DNA from: Diploschistes diacapsis
Taxonomy: Eukaryota
DNA: 55,898 nt
Reading direction: 5' to 3'
Assembly: GCA_023645945.1 (NCBI GenBank)
Contig: JALAIB010000006.1
Coordinates: 1-55,898, forward strand
Shown here: in pieces, positions 1-11,412 of the stretch
Layout of the letters: every line of letters starts with the position of its first letter
Numbering within the stretch: position 1 is the stretch's first letter
Translations under genes and position numbers: made by a program
The notes under the pieces: model-generated
What the model saw: only the letters and a program-made list of their open reading frames with translations
Databases searched by the model: none
What the model was told of the DNA's origin: nothing

Positions 1-600
1 TTATATACGAGCATAACGGTTTCGATATATATAAAGATTTAAAAAAAACGTATTTCATATAAACGGATACGAAAATCGTCGTTCGATAAAAACGTCGGTT
101 ATAAATAAATCATCGCTTTATTTAAAAGTATTTATATATTAATTACGTTTAATTTAAAAAGATTTTAAAAGATCTCTGAACCATTTTTTACGATTAAAAG
201 ACCGTGACGAAGAAAGCGCCTTTAAAAAACCGAAATGTCCTTATAAGCAACTTCTTACGCGCTACGGGTCAGCTTTATGGCCACTTACCACTACGATCGG
301 ACGCGGAAATAAAGAAAAAGCGAAAAAAAGTATAATAGACGGAAAAAGAACACGGCATAAAAGAAATTATAAAAGATTTAAAAGCACGCTTTTAAATTAT
401 TTTTAAAATATTTTAAATATTTTTTAATATTTTAATATTTATTTTTTTTTACTATATAGTTTTTATGGCTATATAACTTACTTTATAAATCATTATAGGC
501 ACGATAATAATAAAATTATATTTTTTTTATATTTAATTCTATATAGTTCTACGTATTTCTATAAGTAACATACATTTGTATATAAATTATATAGAGATCT
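1..600. mobile_element. AT-rich, hypermutated repeat/transposon relic (RIP-like), family not identifiable; truncated by window start
   Basis: Very AT-rich with abundant TpA. No TpG in the first ~175 nt, and 12 of 16 cytosines in nt 1-120 are in CpG. No ORF of 60 aa or more. Sharp return to normal composition near 600. Confidence 0.6.
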
Positions 601-1146
601 AAGTACCTAGCAGAGCCACAGCGAGCTAAACAGAATGCATCACTAAGGCGCCACCAAATATGTTACACAATTTTACAGTAGGCAGAATAGCACATACCCA
701 GGATGGAATTAAACTTATCAGCCTTACAGGGGGCACTAGAGTTTCCCCAAGGATTTCGAGTAAAGAGCAATCATCCAAGGCTAGGGGTGCAGTCTTAACA
801 TGGAGCATAGTTGAAAAAGACTCTCTATCCTTATTCTATTTTCTCGTAACCTATCTGTCAAACCACTGACAAAGCACTTTGCAACGGTATCACAAGGTTA
901 GACTCCACGATGAGCTATACATCTCGATGGCATGTCTGATATGAAAGGTTAGGATGAATAGCATGCCGGGCTTTCACACCAGTCTCAAAATGATATATCG
1001 TAGAATCGTGACATTAATCGTGTTCGGCACAGGGCTGCCTATCCATCTTTGCAATCTTGACCATTCATGAGTAGCTACAACCAGCTGATCCCATGTACCC
1101 CTACGGTGTAGTCAATGCTTCCTTTCTTGCATGATATGATCCATCA

Positions 1147-3511
1147 TCAATCCGCAGCTCCTCCGTCACTGTCGGCTCTTGCCACCGTTCGACTTGGCAG
1201 TACTGCGCGCGCTGAGGGCCTAGAAGCTGGTTGGCCGTAATATCCGGGGTCTGGTTCCAACTGATGGTCGACGCGCACCCCAATCTTCTCTTCCGATTCA
1301 TCCTCTTTCGCACCATCATTCCAGCTGTGAATGGTACATGTACCTGTTGACATGTCCCACCCATTCCAGGAAGTAGCTATATGGGTGTGAGCATAGAAGA
1401 GATTGGGGAAGAAAGGAAGATATGCTTACCTGCAAGAACTGGCGCATTGGGATGCCAGCTTGCATCTCTAACGCAGGTCTCCCAGCTGCTGGGACGACTG
1501 TTATCCCCCAAGGCATTCATTTGAAGACTATTGTCTCTTGGGCGAGACTCAAAGGTGGCCGATCTGACGTCAATGGTTCCAGCAACGGTATTGTCCATGT
1601 TGTAGATATGCACTTTTCCATCCTCGCCGCCCGAATACACATATCGAGAATTAGTGCTCCCAGGTGGGGAGAAGTGGCATCTAATCAACGTCTTGAGCAC
1701 GCTATGTCCTCGATAAGTAATAAGAGAACAGTCGCTTGGATGCGCCACATAGTCGAAGTCGGAATATGCCATACATCGATAATCAAAGCCGGAGCGGTAA
1801 TTCCTGTCGATCTTGGCTGATTGCTCCGTCGACATCATCTTCCTCAAATCCCAGAGTTTCATGGTTTGATCTTTTCCGTTGCTCAAGACATAGCGTCCGT
1901 CGCCTTTGCTATCGACATATGTCAATCCCTCAGTATGACCCATGAACACTCCAGCTTCTCGACTATCCCCCATGCTTCGACGATCCCAAACTTTGATAAG
2001 AGTGTCATCCGAACCAGAGTAGAGGATGTGAGGGGAAGAGGCATCACCGAAACACACAGCATTGACATCCCCTTTGTGTCCTGGAATGCGCAAAATAGAC
2101 CGCTTCGCTTCGATGTCAAAAACGTACACAGAGCTGTCCGAAGTGCCGGCAACAAGCTCACGACCATCCCCCGAAAATCGGACAGACCAGATCTGACAAA
2201 TGTTAGCGAAAGAGTTAGGTTTGATTATCCTCCGTTCAGCCTACTCCGAAGTTTGTATTGCCATGGATATGCCCTCGAGCCCGCGTAGAGGGTTCGCCAA
2301 TGTCGGAAAAATCGAGAATGGATGGCTCGCTACTGTCCCGTGGATCCGTAACAGCGAGGCACACACTGCTCCTAATCGAACTATACGCGAGGTACCTATT
2401 GTCCGGGCTCAAAGTTGCGTCTGTTATAGTCCACTGCCCGAAAGGATAAAGGACGGTTTTGTAGTGTTTCCAGTCATAAGGATTTGATGTATCGTACATC
2501 CGTACTTTGAAGTCTTGCGCGCAAGAGAAAAAGAAGTTTCCGTCGTCCGAAAACTGGCCGGAATAGCACCGTGAGTTGTAATGGATGATGGTGTCGGCCT
2601 CTGAAGACGGTATCATATGCTAGCTAGATTAGTAAAGCCCAGAGGTTCCAAAGGCTCATCTGACCTGCGACATCGTCTGGTTTCGGTCTCTCACGAGCTC
2701 GGCACCCAGCCCCAGCTCTCGTTCCATCAACAGCCGGGGTACTCGCTGTTTTATCTTCCTAAGTCTGTCCTGGTAACGCTCATTTCGCCCGAATGTTCCC
2801 ATCTGCATCAGGCGCTTACCCTCAGCACTTGGTGGTAGTACACGCTGAGCTCGGGCTGCTTTGGCGCGACGCTGGCGCCGTATACCCATGGCAAAGAAAC
2901 CATAATTGCTCAAATCATCGTCGTCATCCTCAATGACTTGTGGCGCAGCGTCCGTTGTAGCTTGCTGTGTGAGAAGCGTATGAAGCCCGGTATGACCTAG
3001 GAGATGGAATATTTGCGCTCTTGATACTATCAGGCATATTAGTCCGCTGCTGAATTCGGTAACGTAGACACACACCCTGCACTGGCCCGGCAGCGGCTGT
3101 AGGCTGAGTCACCGTAGCATTTCTAATGCTTCTCTCTCCATTTGCGTTTGCATCGCTGTCGAAAGAAATTTCAATCCCAAACTCTCCCCCCCCATCTTCT
3201 GCGCCTACATAGGAACGCAGAGATTAGCAAATGGCTTGTGAAATATTTTCGTAGTCACCGTATGTAGATGTTGTCTCACCATGAAACTCGCCCTCTGTGT
3301 CTTCATCGTCCCCATTTCCTCCCTCATCATCGCCTTCGGTTTCAAAAACCTCTAGATCATCGCTTTCCTCCGCCGCAGGTTCGAAATCAATGTCGTCATC
3401 ATCTGCCGCATCTTCAGAGACAAGAGAGTACTCGGTGTTGTGCGAAGGAAGCTGGCCTACTGGTGTAGACGAATCACTAGATGCATTTCGGGTGATATTT
3501 GAGGAACTCAT
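1147..3511 (-). CDS. WDR23: WD40-repeat protein, WDR23/DCAF11 (LEC14B-like) CRL4 substrate receptor; multi-exon
   Basis: ORF pieces 3224-3511, 2656-3075, 2236-2616, 1377-2129 and 1147-1353 are joined by GT-AG introns. Motifs YSGQFSDDGNFF, GHKGDVNAVCF, SGSDDTLIKVWDRR, GHTEGLTYVDSKGDGRY, YRGHSVLKTLIRC and CVRDASWHP are typical of DCAF11/WDR23. Confidence 0.9.
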
Positions 3512-3760
3512 AAGGGCAACAATGCTAGAGGTGGGAGTGATGTTGAATCCAGAAATACAACAACATTTAAGTCAGACATGTTTATCGATAATAATAATGT
3601 AGGTTTCTTTTTTTGGCGAGCGGGGACTAGAGAAAAAGTTAAGTTAGGAGATCGGACATTGCACACGGAGATGGGTTTAAAGATCGTACCCTTCCTAGTA
3701 CTACCGGTGGAAGCGGTGAGAAGGAAGTAATTAATTCCCAGCACGCCTTGATCTTAACGT

Positions 3761-3809
3761 ACAGATTCGGATAACTACAGATTCGGATAACTGCAGATTT
3801 GGATAAACT
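3761..3809. repeat. Three-copy ~16-bp tandem repeat (ACAGATTCGGATAACT)
   Basis: ACAGATTCGGATAACT at 3761-3776 and 3777-3792, then a degenerate copy GCAGATTTGGATAAACT at 3793-3809. Confidence 0.85.
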
Positions 3810-3928
3810 GCAAAAGATGAGAGCCCGTACTCCGCCATCCCATATGCACTCCGCCGTCTATATGCACCAATCCCCGTGGGTATCAAAGGCAACGCTTTCA
3901 TTGCCGCTTGTCGGACTTCCTCGGGCAA

Positions 3929-5187
3929 TCATGCCTTGGTGTTCAAAAGGCGCAGAATACCCTCATACCTGCAGCGGTTAGTGTGTATCGATAAAAGGAT
4001 TCCGGGCATTAACTTACATGCCAAAGGTAATCGCAGCGCTCGGTATTACTCTGAGCAAATGTGGCGTGAGTCCACCATACAGCGCAGCCACTCCTTCCTC
4101 TCTGATTATAGTTTTGAAGCATTGGATGAGGCCAGTGTACCTCAGTTGTCTATTTAGCATTGGCCCCTGACGCAGCCTGGTCCGGACCACTTCGTGAGGG
4201 TAAGTAAGAACGGTGGCAAAGAACTTGGCGCTGCCAGCGGCGCCCAGCCGCCCACCCATACTGGCAACTTCGTACCATAGCGTTGCGTCTCTGCCAGATG
4301 CCGCCAGCGCTTCCTCCTTCCTCTTTATGTAGCCTTTCATCTGTTCATAGAGAACCCATTGTAGTGTACTTTCAGATACCCCAAGATAGCTGGCGCTAAG
4401 GCCCCGATAGAGGCCGCGGATGCCCTCCGTCCGAATTGTCTGCATGACACAATCAAGGGAGTTCTTGTATCGGCGGTTGGCAGTACCGCCTGATCGTTGC
4501 GCATTGGACCTGTCCAACTGTAGGCGAGTCTTGACAAGCCAAAGTGGGTTGGTGGCTGTTCCCGTAATAATGCCCGCCACAACGCCAGCGCAAAGATGTA
4601 CCCAAGCGGCCTCTTGTCCATTGTTGAATCGCTCACTTATCAAGCGCTTACCATTACCATAAGAGTAAAAGTTTATTGCTTTTGCAGGGACAACGCCCGC
4701 TAAGTTCGGCCCAAGACCTTTGAAAAGCGCTCGCCAACCTTCTACCCGATGAATGGCAAAAAGCATCTGTACTGTTTCGCTGAAATGAAGAAGACTGCTT
4801 CGAGGCAGCGACATTTGGGCAGGAGAAGGTATACCGCGGGCATGCCGCGTAGCGAGGATTTGCGCTTGGTAGAAGTCTGACTGTAGACGAGTTCTGAGGA
4901 CGTCAAGAGGAGAAGTAAGCGCCGCCGCCGTCATTCCGCCAGTCCTAGGGCACTTTAGCGTAAAGCTCAATGATGCTGGAAAGATCATCGCACCCCCCGG
5001 CAACTAGATGTGCCCATGGTTTTATCACCCGTGCCTCCGTCTTGGATACTTGCGTTGGACCATTCGACCGGCCTGTGGTCACTTGCCTAGTCTCGACGGC
5101 TTGAGAGAGGCTGCAGTTGCGCGCTTCATGATGCCGACTGCCAAGATGAGACTGGGAGACCTCTTGTGCAGTGCTTGAAAAAGTCAT
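3929..5187 (-). CDS. RIM2: Mitochondrial pyrimidine nucleotide carrier (SLC25 family), 3 exons
   Basis: PWAHLVAGG is spliced to TGGMTAAALTSPLDVLRTRLQSDFY. Three carrier signature motifs: PLDVLRTR, PLWLVKTR, PHEVVRTR. The last intron (GTAAGT...CTAAC...CAG) leads to YEGILRLLNTKA-stop. Confidence 0.92.
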
Positions 5188-5871
5188 CGAAGATGGTTGC
5201 TTAACCCTGCGATGTTACCGACACTGCAGCGGAAGGTCCTCAAGGTAGGCAAAACTCGCAGACGAAAAATTCATGTCTAGTCTCTTACTCTCAATTTGTA
5301 AAGTCCTAACTCCTTTAGAGTACTTCCTGCTCAAAGAACTTAGAACGCTTGGTCGTTGCCATCCGGAATTTCCGAACCCATGAAAAGTTTTCGGGTAGAC
5401 GATGACGATGAATAATACCTGGTCACCATGTACTTGCATTAGCTAGCGTCAGAAGTGCTGATTGGCTGGATATTCAGAGGTCTCTTTCAGGATGCCATAC
5501 ACTCACAAGTTTACAGTGTCGTCTAGTACCTAATCAAGTCTTCGTACAGCCTCAAGTTCCCAAATTTACAGTACACAATTTGTCCTGATCGATTACCTAT
5601 CTCAGTTATTGCAATAACATCCGCTCCACGGACAAGATCATCGAGAGCACTCGGAGTTGGATGCATAACGCCAACTGATGGCTCACGCAAAGTTGGTTCT
5701 GGTTCTGCAAAATCTGGTGTAATTCTCATAGCATGAATGGACGGGCGATTCAGGGGCAGTCAAAGGCATTGATAAATGATAAATTTTCTTTGGTTGGATC
5801 TCCATTCCCTCGAGTATCGCATACACTTTAGATATCAAGGATTCTAGCAATCCTTTTGCCTCTTCCTTCGC

Positions 5872-7224
5872 TCAGTGACCAGCAAGCGCATGTGCCCTAC
5901 GGCGATCTCTCTCTTCAGCAATCGTAAGCTAGAAGGCGTTAGTAAATCATATCAAGCACTAAAGGCCAAGCTTAATTACCTTAACGCCCTTGCCCTTAGG
6001 CAGACTGATCCATGGCTTCTCATGTCCTATAACAAACACGTTCGTCTCGCGCGTCGCGAACGAGTTGTCAATAGCATCTTTGATGTGGACGATGTTGAAA
6101 CCTCCGTCGTGGCGTTCCCGGTGCGCGATGACACCTACTCGACCCATGTTGCGGCCACCAGTGACCATGGCAATGGCGCCTGTGTCAAATTTGATGTGAC
6201 TCGTGATCTTGCCTGTCGCCAAATCGATCTTGACAGTATCGTTTGCCGATATAACCGGATCAGGATAGCGAATGCTAAATATCCCCAAGCACTCGTCAGC
6301 CTCTATGCCTCCCAAGACTTGGCCCAACGTCTGAAAGATGCGGCAAACTTACGTTCGTGCATCATGCGTAACCAAGTAGGGGACACCTCCTCTTCCGACC
6401 TGCACCCTCTTAACCTTGCCAAGTTTGTATTCTGCCTCTTCAGCCGTGATACGGTGAACAGCGAAGCGTCCCTTCGTGTCATACACTAGTCGAAAGTTTT
6501 CGCCAGTCTTTTCGATAGAGATGACATCCATAAAGCTGTTTAAGAAGTTAACAATGGCTGGAACACTTCCGTTATTCACAAGGGCACCAGTGAGTGCAGA
6601 GATTTCGCGTACGTTTCTTAGCGCATGCTCACCAAGCCTTGCGTGGAATTGTACGCGGAATTTTCTGTACCAACTGACAACGATAGAAGTACAAAAAAGT
6701 ATCATATGAAGGGCAGGAATATTGTGTGCCTAAGACATACCCAGCAGGATAGGTCGTATCGGTTCTGACCTTTCCGTCCACGCGGACGAGGCGTTGCATC
6801 AAAATACTTTGCACTTCCTTTGCCGTCGTCAGACATTTTTCAAGTATTGAAAGAACTATGAGAGATTAACCTTGCCGTTGAGAGCATACTTGAGACTAGC
6901 AGCACGGTAAGCGTAAACACCGAGGAGTAGGCAACTTCACATACCGGTTCCGTAGGAAGACAATCAATGGCATGCAGTCGCGAAGCTTATGGGGACCGGT
7001 ACTTGCTCTAGGAGCGTATGCACCACTAAGCTTGTCTAGAAGCCAATGAGACGGCGCTGAAAGCCGTTTTTGACTGAAAGCGCGTCAGGTGTCGTTTCAT
7101 TTTGTATCTCTGATCCAGCCCAGCTTACTGTTTCTTCCTAATCAAAACGTCAGTGACAGTGCTCCCCTACCCCCATCACAGGCAAGGAAAATGCCGGCAG
7201 GAATACTTACGGTCCACGAGCCAT
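5872..7224 (-). CDS. RPS4: 40S ribosomal protein S4 (eS4), multi-exon including a 9-nt micro-exon
   Basis: Spliced translation [23 protein letters not shown]...[46 protein letters not shown]...GGRNMGRVG...[27 protein letters not shown] at 7222-7224, TGA at 5872-5874. Confidence 0.97.
6598..6700 (-). ncRNA. Candidate intron-encoded box H/ACA snoRNA (snR83/SNORA4-like guide for 18S rRNA)
   Basis: Inside the 205-nt RPS4 intron: hairpin TGTAC..GTACA, then AGAAAA (ANANNA H box), then hairpin CGCGTAC..GTACGCG. The internal loop strands TTCCAC and GCTAAGAA are complementary to 18S UUCUUAGU-UG-GUGGAG. A canonical ACA tail is not seen (AAA variant only). Boundaries are approximate. Confidence 0.5.
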
Positions 7225-7606
7225 GATTGCGGCTACGAGTAGAGGCTGGTCTATGGAGGGGGAAGTTTGTCAAAACAATTCAGAAAGGAAAGCAGTGTGG
7301 GATTACCGAGCTTCAGCCCTATAGTATTAATAATTTCTTGGCATTGCAAATAGCCCAAGTAGGAAATTTTTGGGCCCGAAATAGGTTAAAGGCTTAAGGG
7401 GTTGCCCCTAGTAGTCAGTAAGTCACAGTATCTGCCCGTTGTCGGTATTGGACGGTGATGCTCGTCACGTATTGTAAATGTGATTCATTGAAGCCGAAAC
7501 GTTGCGGATATGGTGAACAGCGGACTATATAAAGCGTCGCTCCCAATCGACCTTCCATTTTCCTGATATTGAGACATTTGACGATTCCTTTGTTGGAGAC
7601 TGCCAT

Positions 7607-9350
7607 ATGAAGACTGTACCGCATCCCGTTCCATGCAAGCGTCAACTTCCAGCTCAGTTTCCGTCCCATCCCAAGGAAACTTGCCAATCTGCGTTAAAAG
7701 AGCGTAAAGTTGTTTCCAGGAAGAACAGCGAACAGCCAGCAGCGTTTTGGGACAACTTATCCGAGATTCCGTTAACAAAACGTGCATTAAGGGAACTGGA
7801 TCGAAGAGACGCTCAAGCTGCGCCAACGTCATCAACGCGCCAACGGACCATCACCCTGTTACCAGACTTGCTGTTAGGAGTAGGAAAGACACCATTCACC
7901 TCGCAACCCTATTACCAGTCTCCTTGCCGACCGTAGGTGCAACTGGCTGAACGATATAAAGAGCTTTTCCCAGACACGGTGGGCCAAATCTATCCGATAT
8001 TTGAGGAGTATGGGTCTTTAAGATCCGTTTAAGCTGATGCTAATATTCTCAGATCCGGAGACCTGTCCAGCCCGATTATGACACAATGGAGTCGAGCCAG
8101 GCCAGCTCTGCTGTTGTGCCGGAACAAAAGCTACCGCGAACACGGCTACTATCAAGACAAAAAGCACCGGGCCCTATGATTGAGCTTTTGAACAGCATCT
8201 CGTTGATCAGAATGTTTATCCCCATGCTTACGAATATCCAGACGGTCATATTCCGTCCAAACCAAATAACTGGCAAGAAATAAATCGGAGATTGACGCAG
8301 CCTCGACCTTCTCTTTCTCCCTCTGAATTCTCCGACGAAACGCATGAAAAGTTCGCGCGAATAGATGCGCATGCTCGCAATGGAATACATGTAACAACAT
8401 CGGTGATGCCCATCATTGAAGGCGAAATTAGGGATGCAAGATGCGTTTCGCGCGGAATACCTTTCACGAATCTAGCTCCTCTAACGGATGAAAATCTTGT
8501 ACGCGGTAATCCAGATGTATACTACGGAGCTCGTCCGGAACAGCTCGACCGGGGAGTCCGTAACGAACAAATCGAGAACAATCTTAGTGACCGTATCGTT
8601 CCATCGACGCAGCATGATCTTGCTATATTACCAAACTTCGTTTTAGCGGTAAAGGGTCCGGAAGGATCTCTTGCAGTTGCTGGACGATCGGCCTGTTACG
8701 ATGGTGCGCTGCGGGCGCGAGCAATGCATGCTTTACATTCATACGGACAGCAGGACCCATTCTATGACGGCAACGCCTATACAGTCTCGTCTATCTATCA
8801 TGGTGGCCAGCTTAAGATGTTTACCAGTCATCCTATTCACCCAGCGACTCTTGGGGATCTACCTGAATACATCACGTCTCAAATCAATACCTGGGGAATG
8901 ACTGGGAACGCTGAGATCTTTCGACAAGGAGCCACTGCGTACAGAAACCTCAGATATTGGGCAAGAGAGCAGAGAGACACTGCAATAAAGCAGACAAACG
9001 ATCAAGTCCGAACATCAGTTAAGGCATCCACTTCCGAAACGTCCAATGTCAGCCTTGACTCCAGCTTCGCAACTCAAGCATCAGAGGAAGAGACCTCCAC
9101 AAATGACACTCAACAGGAAGCGCTTCACAGGTTTATCAGGAGAACTTCGGTACTACGGACACCTCACAAGCAGCCGTCAATCCAGAAGATGACTTTGAAC
9201 CGAATCCTTCAGTCACTCGAGCATCCCATCACAACCCCGAGACGAGCCACTTCTGAACGGAAGCGACGGAATAAGGCACCAGAAGAAGCGGGAGGCTTTA
9301 GAATTTCTCCCTCGCGCCTATTCCACAGGCTTCTTCCAAAAACGCATTAA
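7607..9350 (+). pseudogene. Disabled fungal PD-(D/E)XK restriction-endonuclease-fold gene (DUF7924-related family)
   Basis: Family motifs PAAFWDNLSEIPLTKRALRELDRR, GGPNLSDI*G, STGPYD*AFEQHLVD, PRPSLSPSEF, GNPDVYYGARPEQL, PNFVLAVKGP and ACYDGAL. In-frame TGA at 8002-8004 and 8181-8183, a frameshift after ~7820, and an intron at 8008-8052. Confidence 0.75.
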
Positions 9351-9801
9351 GAAGCACTCGAGAAGCTGATGATGGCCCTCCTACACCCTTTTTCGCCGCC
9401 TGCCTACGCAGGTGCCTCGTATTGGTGGTCTTCAAAGCGACCTTGTTTACATGTCGTATTTGGACTGTGTGTGAAGCACCAGCTCGTAAGGCACTCAATA
9501 CGAGCACTTGGACAGAGTAAATTGATTCTAACACCTCCTGTTGCAGCTCCAACATATCCCTCCCCTACCAGAGCCAACACTACCCTAGCATAAGAATTTC
9601 TAACTTATATCACGCTTGGTTGAGTTACGCTAAAGCTGGGTTTGATTGACGGGGAGACAGTCGATATGAGATGACTAGCTGGTTATTTCAGTTCAGGATA
9701 CTCATTCACATATGATACTCGGCGCCTTGTTTAAAATGGTGGTTGTGTAAGATCAAGAACGGAGTTGCAAAGCAAAAGGTACTGCTTGTCTACTTACATC
9801 A

Positions 9802-10190
9802 TCAGGATTCATCCAAAAGGCTTGCCAAGTCGATCATTATTTCAAGATCTGATTGGGTCTCCTTCTCTTCCAATATGGTTTCAAGACTCCCTTCAAGTCC
9901 TTTGATTTGGACTTTCAGGTCCGAATGGGTCTGCTGGAGATAAGCCAGTTCTGCTTCTAGATCCTCTTTGGCGGACTGTGCGGTTGCAAGCAGATTTTGC
10001 AAGTAGTCCATTTGTTGCGTGAGAAAAGGATTTCTTTCTTGGAAGGCATAGCACCGGCATTCCTTTCCCACAGGATTATGATGCTGCAATCCAGGGTTTG
10101 TCGTATCGTGGCTGGAGGTCTTGCAGCTTGATATAATCAGTGTCATTTCCAAATATCTTTTGTTTTCAATTCCTACCTTATTTTGGTCAT
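9802..10190 (-). CDS. Small hypothetical coiled-coil protein (possible 2-exon gene or 3' part of a pseudogene)
   Basis: ATG at 10190. An intron GTAGGA...CTGAT...AAG (10127-10176) joins it in frame to ORF 9802-10152, which has a heptad-like tail (LQNLLATAQSAKEDLEAELAYLQQTHSDLKVQIKGLE). The upstream ORF 10227-10475 is in the same frame behind one TGA. Confidence 0.3.
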
Positions 10191-11412
10191 TTTTACTCTT
10201 GAGTCGAGTGCTGGGTTATCGCGAATTCAGAAGGATAGGACAAGAGATTTATTTGACAAACTGGAGGACCGAAGCTGCAATATAAGCTTGTAGACAGCTT
10301 GAGAGTTTCCCAGCTTGCGGAACAAAGTCCGAGCTGTCTCAAACCACCACCGCATTGCATGGCGCGTTGGGTGGTGAGTATCCAATAACGAGCGAGTTGC
10401 CATGCCACAAAAGTTCGCAACCCGCAATCTTGTGTCGCGTGAACGGTGGCATACTATAGGCGCAGTTGGCGCCAAAGGCTAGCTGAATACTTGCCTAGTC
10501 ACTTTATGGGGTATAACTCACCAATCAAGAGCGGCGGCTAACGGATGATTGTCATCCTGTGAACGCTAACAGAAACTGGCCAAGTGTGGAGGGCCATGGA
10601 TGACGGCCCTTACGAGTACTGCAATCAGTCATGTAACGTATCAGCAGAAAGGGATCAGCCATGTGATGATATTGTGTTCATTTTCGTGCTTTGCTCTATC
10701 AACACCCCTCGTTCCAGCTCGTCTAGAGGGTTTGGGCAATAATTTATCGCAGTTCAAGTACCCTGCTCTCCCTTCTGACAGTAGCGGGTCAAAAACGTTT
10801 GATTGCCAGCCCAAACTCTTCAGCTACTATCGTTGCATGACCACGACGTCGATCTAGCGGGGGGTTATTCATGGCTGGACTTTGTCTGTAGTTTTCGTAG
10901 AGTTACTTGAACATGCACGTGGAATAAAGTTTCCTATATGAGCGAACTCTTGCCTTTCTGTTACAGGCCGCAAATAATGGTAGGTGGCGGGAAACATCAT
11001 ATTCTAACCAGAGACGGATTTTCGATTGTAGTGGGAAACTACAAGCCTCTTCGAAGCTGGGGCCAAGGCGCCTGTGACGAAGGGTGGGTGATTGAAGCCG
11101 TCGACTTCTGTGGGAGATACCGGCCGATCAGATGCTCTCATGCATCGCCCTAATGTCCTTTTGATTGCCCAGACTCTTTCGTCGAGGATGATCGCGAGCG
11201 TGACGTGGTGACAGCTAACCTTGTAGTTGAGCGACAAGGTTTTGTCGGTTTTGTCCGAGCGCTGCGAGTCCCCGAGGTCTTTGTACCGTTGCCAGGCATG
11301 GGTTTCTTGTTCGCCGCTGATTGCTTTGCAGCCATGTTGTGTGATGAGTTGTGGAGTTGTTTGTGGTTAAAGTGAAGTTGCAGTAGAGGGGAAGAAAACA
11401 AAGCTAGCGGGA

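Noticed and set aside
3761..3809. CRISPR-like array
   Set aside because: Direct tandem units without spacers, in a eukaryotic genome.
5875..6489. 204-aa plus-strand ORF
   Set aside because: Antisense to RPS4 exons with biased codon use; no independent coding features.
8002..8183. Stop-codon reassignment or A-to-I editing rescue of in-frame TGA codons
   Set aside because: RPS4, RPL37 and RIM2 end in TGA, so TGA is a stop. Editing would give Trp where Arg is expected, and the gene also has a frameshift.
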